A stretch of 45,792 nt of DNA from a virus (taxonomy: Duplodnaviria; Heunggongvirae; Uroviricota; Caudoviricetes). The notes below the pieces were generated by a model. The model searched no databases and was not told the origin of the DNA. It saw only the letters and a program-made list of their open reading frames with translations. Shown piece by piece: positions 9,250-16,888 of this stretch. The stretch spans positions 1 to 45,792 of the IMG/VR virus record IMGVR_UViG_3300037225_000328; one strand, 5' to 3'. The stretch's first letter is position 1; each line of letters opens with the position of its first letter. A program made the translations under genes and the position numbers.

Positions 9250-9278
9250 ATTCTACCTTACTTTTGGCCGCGTGTCAA
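9250..9278 (-). promoter_or_regulatory. sigma70-like promoter
   Basis: TTGACA-17nt-TAGAAT-6nt-ATG. Confidence 0.8.
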
Positions 9279-9473
9279 CTGGGCTTTCATCAAATTGATA
9301 ATTTCGGATATGCCTACTTGACTTTTTAGATAGTCAGCTAAAGCCCGACCCTCGACAATGGACATTCCATCTGCTAGGAGTTGCTTAAACAGCTTATCCG
9401 TAAGCTTAGCAATCTTATCCCCAACCGCAAAGGCGGCGTCATTCGTCAAATTTCCGTTGCGATCATATACCAT
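9258..9473 (-). CDS. hypothetical protein (leaderless)
   Basis: ATG 6 nt after TTGACA-16-TAGAGT. Confidence 0.75.
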   Translation of the reverse strand: MVYDRNGNLTNDAAFAVGDKIAKLTDKLFKQLLADGMSIVEGRALADYLKSQVGISEIINLMKAQLTRGQK

Positions 9474-9479
9474 GTTTCA

Positions 9480-9507
9480 ACTCTACCATCTTCTCGCAGT
9501 TTGTCAA
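9480..9507 (-). promoter_or_regulatory. sigma70-like promoter
   Basis: TTGACA-16nt-TAGAGT-6nt-ATG. Confidence 0.8.
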
Positions 9508-9702
9508 GCGGAAATGTACGACCCCGATAATTGATATCACAAACCGCGTGCCAATTGGCCCGTAATCGTTAAATTTGGAATAATCGAAAAAATACAAATT
9601 GGCACAGTAATTTTCTGTTATAATCATTACAGTCTGAACTGAACAATCGCTATATCCTGAATTCTGACCCCGATAATCCTTATAGACCTTACAAGAATTT
9701 TC

Positions 9703-9730
9703 TTGACATTTTACTTTTTCGTGGTAGGAT
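9703..9730 (+). promoter_or_regulatory. sigma70-like promoter, the only plus-strand one found
   Basis: TTGACA-16nt-TAGGAT with TGG extended -10. Confidence 0.7.
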
Positions 9731-9736
9731 TGTATC

Positions 9737-9849
9737 GTGGCGGCAAAGTCGCTACGGCCGGTCAAGCCGGTGGATTGTATACAACTGAACACTTATGTTC
9801 AGTAATAAAATTCGCTAAAAGCAAAAGGACTGGCATTGCCAGTCCTTTT
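9737..9849 (+). ncRNA. candidate small RNA (or 22-aa peptide)
   Basis: promoter, three short hairpins, then terminator. Confidence 0.45.
9823..9849. terminator. bidirectional intrinsic terminator
   Basis: AAAAGGACTGGC-ATT-GCCAGTCCTTTT. Confidence 0.85.
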
Positions 9850-9969
9850 CGTTTAATCGGTAATCTCGCTACCGGCCGCTGAATCCCCAAGAAGAGGGAA
9901 AAGAGGCATCTAGGGTGGTCTCCATCGGGGCTCAAAAATGGTCCGAGATGGATTTTTTCTGGTTTCCCT

Positions 9970-9993
9970 TTTTGAGATTTTCAAATCTCAAAA
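9970..9993 (-). terminator. hairpin ending the long minus-strand gene run
   Basis: TTTTGAGATT/AATCTCAAAA inverted repeat directly after small ORF. Confidence 0.5.
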
Positions 9994-9994
9994 T

Positions 9995-10114
9995 TTAGGG
10001 ATGCCCGGCTAAGCAAACTGACATCATGTAAATTGCGCAAACTATGATTCCGGTCAGCAGGCTACATACCACAATCAGATCAAATAGACTGGCACGAATT
10101 CCAGGAGTTGCCAT
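9995..10114 (-). CDS. 39-aa single-TM peptide (not in ORF track)
   Basis: GGAGG SD; MATPGIRASLFDLIVVCSLLTGIIVCAIYMMSVCLAGHP. Confidence 0.55.
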   Translation of the reverse strand: MATPGIRASLFDLIVVCSLLTGIIVCAIYMMSVCLAGHP

Positions 10115-10165
10115 TATATTCTACCTCCGTTTTCTTGCTAAAAAAGTTGACAAATTCATTCGACT

Positions 10166-10540
10166 TTAGCCCACAAAATACGCATGTAATGGCATAGCCG
10201 GTTCCGATATCTCAATATCTCGAATCGGTAAAACAGGGCTCACTTCGGCTGCTCTGGCAACTACCTTTGTTTCATCAACACAAAAATCTGAAATATCGGT
10301 TAGAGCAATATAAAGGGGTGTTTCTAAAACCACAGGTTTTAGACACTCCGAGTAAACCCAACCATATCGCTGGTTAGGTTTAAGCCGGGCAATATATCGG
10401 CAACCTATAAGACTAATTGCTTTTACTTCTCGAAACTTGTTATTGACTTCCAAGAAAACTTTCGTACCTTTTGGAAGTGGCTCTCGAAGATATCGCTTAA
10501 CCGTAATCATTCCTACACGCTCACAAATCATTAAATTCAT
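10166..10540 (-). CDS. hypothetical protein
   Basis: ORF with AAAGG SD. Confidence 0.65.
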   Translation of the reverse strand: MNLMICERVGMITVKRYLREPLPKGTKVFLEVNNKFREVKAISLIGCRYIARLKPNQRYGWVYSECLKPVVLETPLYIALTDISDFCVDETKVVARAAEVSPVLPIRDIEISEPAMPLHAYFVG

Positions 10541-10631
10541 TACCTTTCATTTATAAAACTACACTAATAAACTTTGTATTCGCGCCTCCGAAACCCCTCT
10601 TAGGCGATCTGAAAAATTTGGATCCGAATTC

Positions 10632-10982
10632 TTAGGAATTAGGAGGGCCATAAAGCCGCTGTGCTTCTTCTGTTACTTTTTCAAGTTGCCGCATAATTTC
10701 CTTTAGTGTAGATTCATCTTCAGGGTGAAGAGACTCTAATTCCTTTAACCTATTCACCATATAAACAATATTAAAAACATGTTTAAGCGGTAAGGTAACA
10801 GACAGAGTTAGATTCTTACCTTGATCAAACCCAATAGTCATAAAACTCTCCTTTACTGATTTAATCAGATGAATTACTGTTTTACACTCCCAATAAGAAT
10901 CTATGAATCCTATTCCTTGAATCCAATCGCCGAGTTTTATATCATCGGGTGTTTCTAAAGCTTGTTTGGTTGTCCAGTTCAT
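10632..10982 (-). CDS. hypothetical protein
   Basis: ATGA-coupled ORF. Confidence 0.65.
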   Translation of the reverse strand: MNWTTKQALETPDDIKLGDWIQGIGFIDSYWECKTVIHLIKSVKESFMTIGFDQGKNLTLSVTLPLKHVFNIVYMVNRLKELESLHPEDESTLKEIMRQLEKVTEEAQRLYGPPNS

Positions 10983-11464
10983 ACATGTTCTTCGGGGTTT
11001 TGATTGGGTAGTATTGAATCATCGTGAGAGAAATCCACTTGCCCCGTGCTGATATTTGGCGGAAATTTTTTAACAGTCCCCTTGAATAATGCGGCGTCCG
11101 CATTATTTAACTGGGCATCTTCACGTCCCGACTGAACCGCCCCGTCTCCAATAGGTGCTACTCTCTGATATGGCGGGGTAGTCGGCTGAAAGACTAATGT
11201 GTCAAAATTGCTCTTACAATTAGGGCAAGCATGAGTCTTAGGATTTACCGTGGTGGTTGGCTGATAGCCGGGTCCAATTAACTGTTTGCCTGGCCCATAC
11301 GTCCAACTCACCGCCCCATAATCATTAGTAATAGGTTGATTGAAATGAACTGCCAACATCAATTCATCTAGGGTATCATAGAACGATGTCTCTTTGGTAC
11401 AGACATCGCAAATCATTTTGACTTGCCCCTCTTGATTATAAGCAAGCGTCACGACATTCCCCAT
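10979..11464 (-). CDS. hypothetical CxxC protein (paralog of 12062-12340)
   Basis: ICDVC...H...W..GP...CPNC. Confidence 0.65.
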   Translation of the reverse strand: MGNVVTLAYNQEGQVKMICDVCTKETSFYDTLDELMLAVHFNQPITNDYGAVSWTYGPGKQLIGPGYQPTTTVNPKTHACPNCKSNFDTLVFQPTTPPYQRVAPIGDGAVQSGREDAQLNNADAALFKGTVKKFPPNISTGQVDFSHDDSILPNQNPEEHV

Positions 11465-11526
11465 TTAGCAATAAGACAGATTGCAATTATACCAGCCAAA
11501 ACAATAAGCCCTTCAATAATGTTCAT
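11449..11526 (-). CDS. 25-aa hydrophobic peptide (not in ORF track)
   Basis: MNIIEGLIVLAGIIAICLIAKWGMS, ATGA overlap with HNH stop. Confidence 0.45.
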   Translation of the reverse strand: MNIIEGLIVLAGIIAICLIAKWGMS

Positions 11527-12020
11527 GATTTCTTTATTCCTGTAATATGATTCCAACGGCGACCATTAATAATATACTGAATAATTGTATATCCACAATG
11601 AAAATGATTTGCAATTTCTTGATAAGTTTTACCGTGTTTTCGGAAAGATAAAATTAACTTAATATCTTTATCGGTAAATTTTGAGCGAGAATTTTGTTCT
11701 CCCTTTGGATTGTTACTTCGATGCCTTTTCACAGCATCCCATCTATTAGTTTTTCTACTTCCATTGTATAAATGAGAGGGATTACAACAAATCGGATTAT
11801 CACAGTGATGACAGGTACAGGAACTTAATACTTTATATTTAAGAAAACAGGAAATTCGATGCGCTTTTATGGGTTTCCACAGTCCAAGTTGTTTTACTGT
11901 AAATTGACCATATCCTCTCCCATCTTGACTGGCAAGCCACGGCCAGCAAGCATCTTCGCCACCAGATTTATCTACTTTAGTCCAGAATCGGGCAATATCT
12001 TTTTTACTTAATTTTAACAT
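11523..12020 (-). CDS. HNH homing endonuclease with C-terminal HTH
   Basis: CWPW, AHRIS, CHHCDNPICCNPSHL, GEQNSRSK; GGAGG SD. Confidence 0.9.
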   Translation of the reverse strand: MLKLSKKDIARFWTKVDKSGGEDACWPWLASQDGRGYGQFTVKQLGLWKPIKAHRISCFLKYKVLSSCTCHHCDNPICCNPSHLYNGSRKTNRWDAVKRHRSNNPKGEQNSRSKFTDKDIKLILSFRKHGKTYQEIANHFHCGYTIIQYIINGRRWNHITGIKKS

Positions 12021-12061
12021 AAAAGAACCTCCATGTATTTATACAGCAAATTTTATGCCAC

Positions 12062-12340
12062 TTATCCGTAGTAACGATTTGCTAAACCTCGGCATTCTGG
12101 ACCGAGATGTGTTCCTATTGAAATTATACCTTGTTGAAAAGTAAACTGATCACTTGTTACCCCCTCATCACCTGTAATTTGTTCAGGTGGACGACCGTTT
12201 ACCCATCCAGGTGGTTCGTCCCAAAGACTATTTCCCAGATGTGTCGCCACCACCAGGGCTTCATAAGAGGGGTAACTAGCGCTTATAGTGCCACACATAT
12301 CGCAGACAAAATGATATAATCCATCTTCAATTATGAGCAT
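12062..12340 (-). CDS. hypothetical CxxC protein (paralog of 10979-11464)
   Basis: VCDMC...H...W..G...GPEC; start revised to MLIIEDG. Confidence 0.6.
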   Translation of the reverse strand: MLIIEDGLYHFVCDMCGTISASYPSYEALVVATHLGNSLWDEPPGWVNGRPPEQITGDEGVTSDQFTFQQGIISIGTHLGPECRGLANRYYG

Positions 12341-12957
12341 CGAAAGACTCCGGTAAAAGCTTCCACTGTACAAAGTAGTTCAGGGTCGCTAAGCAGTTTC
12401 GTTTCGACCCGTTCGGCTTTGCATCCTGGCAACCATTGAAGCAAAGCTTCAGCGGTTAGCATGTGCGGGTGGCCTGGGTGTGGGGGTATATTGACCCACT
12501 CGATTATCCGCAACTTAGCCGCACTGGCAATTGCATTCTGTAAAACTTTCTGGGGATCAACAACATGCTGTAGCACATTATAGATCCAGACCTCATCAAA
12601 ATATCCAAAACAAGCTTGCTGCTCTGGGGGTGGAATTTGTTCACCAGGCAGATTGAGAAATTCGATTCCATAATTCCTATATCGACGGACTACAGAAGGA
12701 GGATACTGCAATGGATCAACACCAACAAGTCTCCCGGCATTATAGCAACGCAATAACATTGACCACGGCCCACAACCAATATCTAAGATTGATTTGCCGA
12801 GTACATTAAACTCGCCCCACTGATCGGCATAGGTTTCCGTGATGCCCATTTCTCGGGCGTAGACATTATGCTTTTGGATTTCGCCGAATGCGGCAGGCCC
12901 CCAACAATTGCCCCAATATCCAGCTTCATGCACTTGGGCATCAGTCCACTCATTCAT
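12331..12957 (-). CDS. class I SAM-dependent methyltransferase (type 11-like)
   Basis: ILDIGCGP, VGVDP, FDEVWIYNVLQHV.DP. Confidence 0.85.
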   Translation of the reverse strand: MNEWTDAQVHEAGYWGNCWGPAAFGEIQKHNVYAREMGITETYADQWGEFNVLGKSILDIGCGPWSMLLRCYNAGRLVGVDPLQYPPSVVRRYRNYGIEFLNLPGEQIPPPEQQACFGYFDEVWIYNVLQHVVDPQKVLQNAIASAAKLRIIEWVNIPPHPGHPHMLTAEALLQWLPGCKAERVETKLLSDPELLCTVEAFTGVFRCS

Positions 12958-13256
12958 TTCTTTTCCTCCAACAGATGATTAATTTCACTAAGATGATAAT
13001 AAGCTTGGAGAAGATGATTTCGGATAGCTGGGTTTTTTGTATCTTTCAAATAAGGCACAGGAATTTTATCAGTGAAATGTGGTTCCGTAGCTTCTTGGAT
13101 ACTGACATGCACATTGCTTGGATAGCAAAAGCTAATTGGATCTTCTGATGCAATCAATCGCTGTGCTGCTAAGACTCCTGCCTCAGTCTTATTAAAATAG
13201 TCGCCAGGAATCTCGTCAAATTCATGGACACCCCAAATCAATGCTCTGAGTTTCAT
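12954..13256 (-). CDS. hypothetical protein
   Basis: ORF abutting upstream TAG. Confidence 0.65.
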   Translation of the reverse strand: MKLRALIWGVHEFDEIPGDYFNKTEAGVLAAQRLIASEDPISFCYPSNVHVSIQEATEPHFTDKIPVPYLKDTKNPAIRNHLLQAYYHLSEINHLLEEKK

Positions 13257-13484
13257 CTAATTATTCCTGTGGTTAAAGACTTTTTCCATCCGATTATAAC
13301 AAGCTTGTATCCCGCCCCAATGCTCTGTATTACTAATACGATATCGAAGCGGTTGAAGTTGCCACTTCGCTTCATAAGCTGCACGTAAATATGCCGCATC
13401 GGAAGGCTGGAGTATAATAGCCCACGGTTCCCAATGATTATGGGCAAATACTTCAAGTACCGGAAATACTAAATCTGCGGGCAT
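13257..13484 (-). CDS. hypothetical protein
   Basis: its TAG abuts next ATG, favouring it over 13253-13456. Confidence 0.55.
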   Translation of the reverse strand: MPADLVFPVLEVFAHNHWEPWAIILQPSDAAYLRAAYEAKWQLQPLRYRISNTEHWGGIQACYNRMEKVFNHRNN

Positions 13485-13738
13485 AGTTTGTCTAGTTCAC
13501 TTGTTAAGTATTTTCCAAACTCCATCTCCCGCATGAACTCTTCTCGCAAATCCTGTACCTCTTCTACAGTTGGATACTTTTTTGCATGGCGAACCCGCCT
13601 AACTATATCCATAAGTACGGCGTGCTGACGCTCTGCTATACTGGTAAGTTGATTAATTTCGGTATTAACGTCCATAAGTTTTAACTTCCTGTAGTCGTTT
13701 ATCAACATACTGTTTCCACTCTTCAACAACACGCTCAA
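13469..13738 (-). CDS. hypothetical coiled-coil protein
   Basis: ORF in run; start uncertain. Confidence 0.55.
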   Translation of the reverse strand: MSVLLKSGNSMLINDYRKLKLMDVNTEINQLTSIAERQHAVLMDIVRRVRHAKKYPTVEEVQDLREEFMREMEFGKYLTSELDKLCPQI

Positions 13739-13931
13739 ATAGTGGCTTCTTCTCCTTTGGCAATGTGTTTACAAGACAATGAAATTCCCAAGATTCAGGG
13801 TAATAGCTGGGTTCATGTACAGTAACAAACCACTCGGCGACCCGGCCACCTAGCAGCTCAAAAATCATCAAACGATCCATCAATGGCAAATAAGCCCACT
13901 TATCCCAATAATTCAAAGCATCAAATTTCAT
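13665..13931 (-). CDS. hypothetical protein (leaderless)
   Basis: ATG 6 nt after TTGACA-16-TATAAT. Confidence 0.75.
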   Translation of the reverse strand: MKFDALNYWDKWAYLPLMDRLMIFELLGGRVAEWFVTVHEPSYYPESWEFHCLVNTLPKEKKPLFERVVEEWKQYVDKRLQEVKTYGR

Positions 13932-13937
13932 ATTACA

Positions 13938-13965
13938 ATTATACCTTATTTCGAGTAAATGTCAA
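13938..13965 (-). promoter_or_regulatory. sigma70-like promoter
   Basis: TTGACA-16nt-TATAAT-6nt-ATG. Confidence 0.88.
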
Positions 13966-14474
13966 ATTTTATTCAATACGGCAAAGGGACCACGACATTT
14001 TATTGCGGCTTCATTATAGGCTCTTGCGGCATCTTTCTTATTAGTAAAAATCCCCAAAAAACTTTGTTTACCTTTAACTCGAATATTAGCTACCCATTTA
14101 TTTCTTCGTTTATCCTCAGTAACACCCGTGTATCCCGATGTATTATTTTTACGCTTACCTTGATTCGAGTTACTTTGTGAATCTGTTGCAATTCGCAAAT
14201 TACTTCGTTGATTATTTAATCCATTTCGATCTTTATGATCTACTTTTTTATCTTTAATATTAAGATGCATTCTTTCAGCAATAGCTTGATGCATTCGTAA
14301 TGTTACAAATTTTCGACAACCACACAGTCTACAGGGCTTTGTTTTTGAAAGATTTCTTTCGGCATAAAAAGTTATTCTATTTTTATGCGCGAACCACTTC
14401 CATTGCATTAAGTAAGTATAATCTTTATTAGAGACTAATACAAACTTGCCTTGTGTGAGCGGAATTCGTTTCAT
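13962..14474 (-). CDS. HNH-AP2 homing endonuclease
   Basis: IPLTQGKF, VDHKDRNGLNNQRSNLR, NTSGYTGV, AARAYNEAA. Confidence 0.92.
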   Translation of the reverse strand: MKRIPLTQGKFVLVSNKDYTYLMQWKWFAHKNRITFYAERNLSKTKPCRLCGCRKFVTLRMHQAIAERMHLNIKDKKVDHKDRNGLNNQRSNLRIATDSQSNSNQGKRKNNTSGYTGVTEDKRRNKWVANIRVKGKQSFLGIFTNKKDAARAYNEAAIKCRGPFAVLNKI

Positions 14475-14476
14475 AG

Positions 14477-14773
14477 TGGAGATGCCGAGAGTCGCACTCG
14501 GGTCTTAATTGCTTCTAGTGGTATATCTACATACATAGTTATTCGTTATTCAACAGCCCAAATAACTCGGCTGATCTATAAATGTACATCAACTGTCAAT
14601 TACTAACGACTTCTGCTACATTGACACTTACAGTTGTCTTGGCAGCTTTACGCAGCCAGTGCTAATTGCGGTTTGGCAATTAAATAATTTAGTCAGCTTT
14701 TAACGTGGCCAACTGACTAACCACGGTATGCAACACTTCCTGTTCACAATTAATCGAAACCTACTTCATCCCC
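14477..14773 (-). ncRNA. ssrA: tmRNA
   Basis: 5' GGGGATG pairs with 3' CATCTCC-A (G3:U70); T-arm CCGAG-TGCGACT-CTCGG; tag ORF 14648-14677 AKPQLALAA-stop. Confidence 0.92.
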
Positions 14774-14783
14774 ATCGTACCTT

Positions 14784-14951
14784 TTACGGTACAACTCGCC
14801 TCAATTCACGAGCCACATACTCATAAACACGCCGGACTTCTGTACCAAGTAGCGTTACCGCAGGTATCGCTACAATCGTAATTAGTGCCAATAGCACTGC
14901 ATACTCGACGGCTGCCGGCCCATCCTCAGAAACAAGAAACTTACGAATCAT
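14784..14951 (-). CDS. flp: Flp/Tad (type IVb/c) pilin, 55 aa (not in ORF track)
   Basis: MIRKFLVSEDG/PAAVEYAVLLALITIVAIPAVTLLG: G-cleavage, E+5 Y+6, hydrophobic helix; AAAGG SD. Confidence 0.85.
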   Translation of the reverse strand: MIRKFLVSEDGPAAVEYAVLLALITIVAIPAVTLLGTEVRRVYEYVARELRRVVP

Positions 14952-14954
14952 TGA

Positions 14955-15182
14955 CTAACCTTTCAAAAAAGAGGAACAAGAAACAATAAATGATCCATTG
15001 CGCCAATCAGGCGGCGACTGCGGTATACACGGATAAACCGGATACGGAGGCATGGGTGGATCCATTGGAATAACTGGTCCCCACGGACGAGTTGCCTTGG
15101 CATGACAACGCTTACATCGCCCAACACCTTCCATATCTGTTTCAACCGGCCCGCCACAAATTGAACAAGTTCCAATGATCAT
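14955..15182 (-). CDS. small Zn-finger, Pro-rich protein
   Basis: CSIC...CKRC; GGAGG SD supports start MIIGTC. Confidence 0.65.
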   Translation of the reverse strand: MIIGTCSICGGPVETDMEGVGRCKRCHAKATRPWGPVIPMDPPMPPYPVYPCIPQSPPDWRNGSFIVSCSSFLKG

Positions 15183-15197
15183 ATTTAATACCTCCAG

Positions 15198-15264
15198 CGA
15201 TTTTGGTTGGACTCGAACCAACATTCACACTTCGACTTAATGTAAACCCCAACCTGGCAAACTC
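15198..15264 (-). pseudogene. degenerate tRNA-like element (GTC at anticodon position)
   Basis: T-arm GTTGG-TTCGAGT-CCAAC, stem ACATT/AGTGT with 7-nt loop, 6/7 acceptor pairs; poor D-arm. Confidence 0.35.
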
Positions 15265-15335
15265 TGTTGGATCGGACTATGACCCCGATCCAAGGTTGTC
15301 CCGAATTCAACACCCGAATACAACCATGCCGAGCA

Positions 15336-15821
15336 TTAGACCTTATTTAATACTGCAAATTTGCCAAAATATTTTAATGCTGCTTTATTATAGGCTTTAG
15401 CAGCTTCTTTTTTACTGGTAAAATAACCTAAATGAATATCTTTTCCATTTATTTGAATCTTAGCTTGCCATTTATGGCTATCTTTTCGCCAATGTACACC
15501 TTTATAACCAGATGTATTATTCCGTTGTTTAGGTCGATTTATTCCATTCTGAGATACTGTTGCGAGTCTTAAATTTAAGCGTTGATTATTTAATCCATTC
15601 TGATCAATATGATCTAATGTGTCACTCGCTAAAAGACCCATTCTTATAGCAATGATTTGATGCATTTTTATTGCAGTTTGTTTTAACTTGCTCTGAACAC
15701 ATCGAACAGCATAAAACATACCACGATGTTTAGAGGCACACCATTTCCACTGTATTAAGAATTCATAATCTTGATCATCAACCAAAGCAAACTTATCTTG
15801 CGTAAGTTTTATCTTTTTCAT
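15336..15821 (-). CDS. HNH-AP2 homing endonuclease
   Basis: LTQDKFALVDD, DHIDQNGLNNQRLNLR, NTSGYKGV, AAKAYNKAA. Confidence 0.92.
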   Translation of the reverse strand: MKKIKLTQDKFALVDDQDYEFLIQWKWCASKHRGMFYAVRCVQSKLKQTAIKMHQIIAIRMGLLASDTLDHIDQNGLNNQRLNLRLATVSQNGINRPKQRNNTSGYKGVHWRKDSHKWQAKIQINGKDIHLGYFTSKKEAAKAYNKAALKYFGKFAVLNKV

Positions 15822-15834
15822 AAAAGAAGCTCCA

Positions 15835-16023
15835 TTACGATTCGGACGTAATTACAATGCTGGCAACGGGGCGCGGATTGCAGAGCCTTCGCTGGAGAGC
15901 TTGTACCGAGATAGTGTGGATCACAAGAGGCGTTACTAAAAGATAGTCATCAATTGCACCACGGAAGTCTACTTGCCTGTCGTCGTAAATGCCAACTTCA
16001 AACATCCGACCAAGGTATTTCAA
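15835..16023 (-). CDS. hypothetical protein
   Basis: short coupled ORF. Confidence 0.45.
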   Translation of the reverse strand: MKYLGRMFEVGIYDDRQVDFRGAIDDYLLVTPLVIHTISVQALQRRLCNPRPVASIVITSES

Positions 16024-16379
16024 ATCCTATAAACGGGCACTGGGATAGCAGCGATTGTACCAACCGGCTGACCACCCAGCATCACGGTGACATTGTAAGG
16101 AAGAGACTTGGGCTCTTCGAGAGTAGAGAGATTGAAAAAGCTAATCAGTCGTGTCAACTCTTCCACTCGATTCCAAGTTCGACCAATCCGATAATTCGTA
16201 TCCGGATTGCTCTCTTGGTTCATTAGAATATGAGCGTCCTTCTTTAGGCCATCAACTTCATATTCGAGAATATGCTTAATATCAGAAAAGGCCGGTGGAC
16301 ATTCGACTACAGTACAAATATACTCTTCACCATTGCGGCCGTGAATACATACGTTATACGCGACTACTTGGGTCATCAT
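16020..16379 (-). CDS. hypothetical protein
   Basis: start revised to MMTQVV with GAAGGG SD inside tatA. Confidence 0.65.
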   Translation of the reverse strand: MMTQVVAYNVCIHGRNGEEYICTVVECPPAFSDIKHILEYEVDGLKKDAHILMNQESNPDTNYRIGRTWNRVEELTRLISFFNLSTLEEPKSLPYNVTVMLGGQPVGTIAAIPVPVYRI

Positions 16380-16497
16380 CAATTCCCTTCTTGAATTCAC
16401 GGATTCCTTGCCCTAGACTTCGCATCATATTTGGCAGTCTATTACCGAATAGGAGCAAAGCGACGAAGGCCAGGATAAGAATTTCCGCAAGCTTCAT
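16354..16497 (-). CDS. tatA: twin-arginine translocase subunit TatA/E, 47 aa (not in ORF track)
   Basis: MKLAEILILAFVALLLFGNRLPNMMRSLGQGIREFKKGIDD: TM-FG hinge-amphipathic helix-EFK; own leaderless promoter. Confidence 0.88.
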   Translation of the reverse strand: MKLAEILILAFVALLLFGNRLPNMMRSLGQGIREFKKGIDDDPSSRV

Positions 16498-16503
16498 ATT
16501 ATA

Positions 16504-16531
16504 ACTATACCATGAAAAAAGCCTTTGTCAA
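16504..16531 (-). promoter_or_regulatory. sigma70-like promoter for tatA unit
   Basis: TTGACA-16nt-TATAGT-6nt-ATG. Confidence 0.82.
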
Positions 16532-16888
16532 GGCAACAATTAAAACTATTGTCAGACAGGCAGCATTAAACCAAAAATAATTCGGTTCTTCGGGTTGTAC
16601 TATTATCGGTTCCCACGCCACAGGAGGCACTGGCACCGACGAAGCGGGTGGTGGGAGCGCTGGAGGCATCACGACTGGCGCTAAACCCAGTGCCTCCTGC
16701 CATTCTATCGGGACTAGTTCAGGTCTAATCGCGCCCGATAACCGTCTTATTTCAAATAAAGTTTCTCCAATTGAAGCAATATCGCCGGGAATCTTTGGAC
16801 CCCGACCAAAAACGAAACATTTAGTTTGATCTTTTTGAGAAAAATCTACAGCAATATAATCATTGCCAGACTTGTAATAGTTAGCCAT
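16505..16888 (-). CDS. tail-anchored membrane protein with Pro-rich linker
   Basis: PPALPPPASSVPVPP then C-terminal hydrophobic helix. Confidence 0.65.
   Translation of the reverse strand: MANYYKSGNDYIAVDFSQKDQTKCFVFGRGPKIPGDIASIGETLFEIRRLSGAIRPELVPIEWQEALGLAPVVMPPALPPPASSVPVPPVAWEPIIVQPEEPNYFWFNAACLTIVLIVALTKAFFMV

Noticed and set aside
9463-9792. 109-aa ORF from track
   Set aside because: It spans two promoters and the sRNA candidate, has no SD or motif, and is likely spurious.
13253-13456. Alternative 67-aa ORF
   Set aside because: It competes with 13257-13484, whose stop abuts the next ATG.
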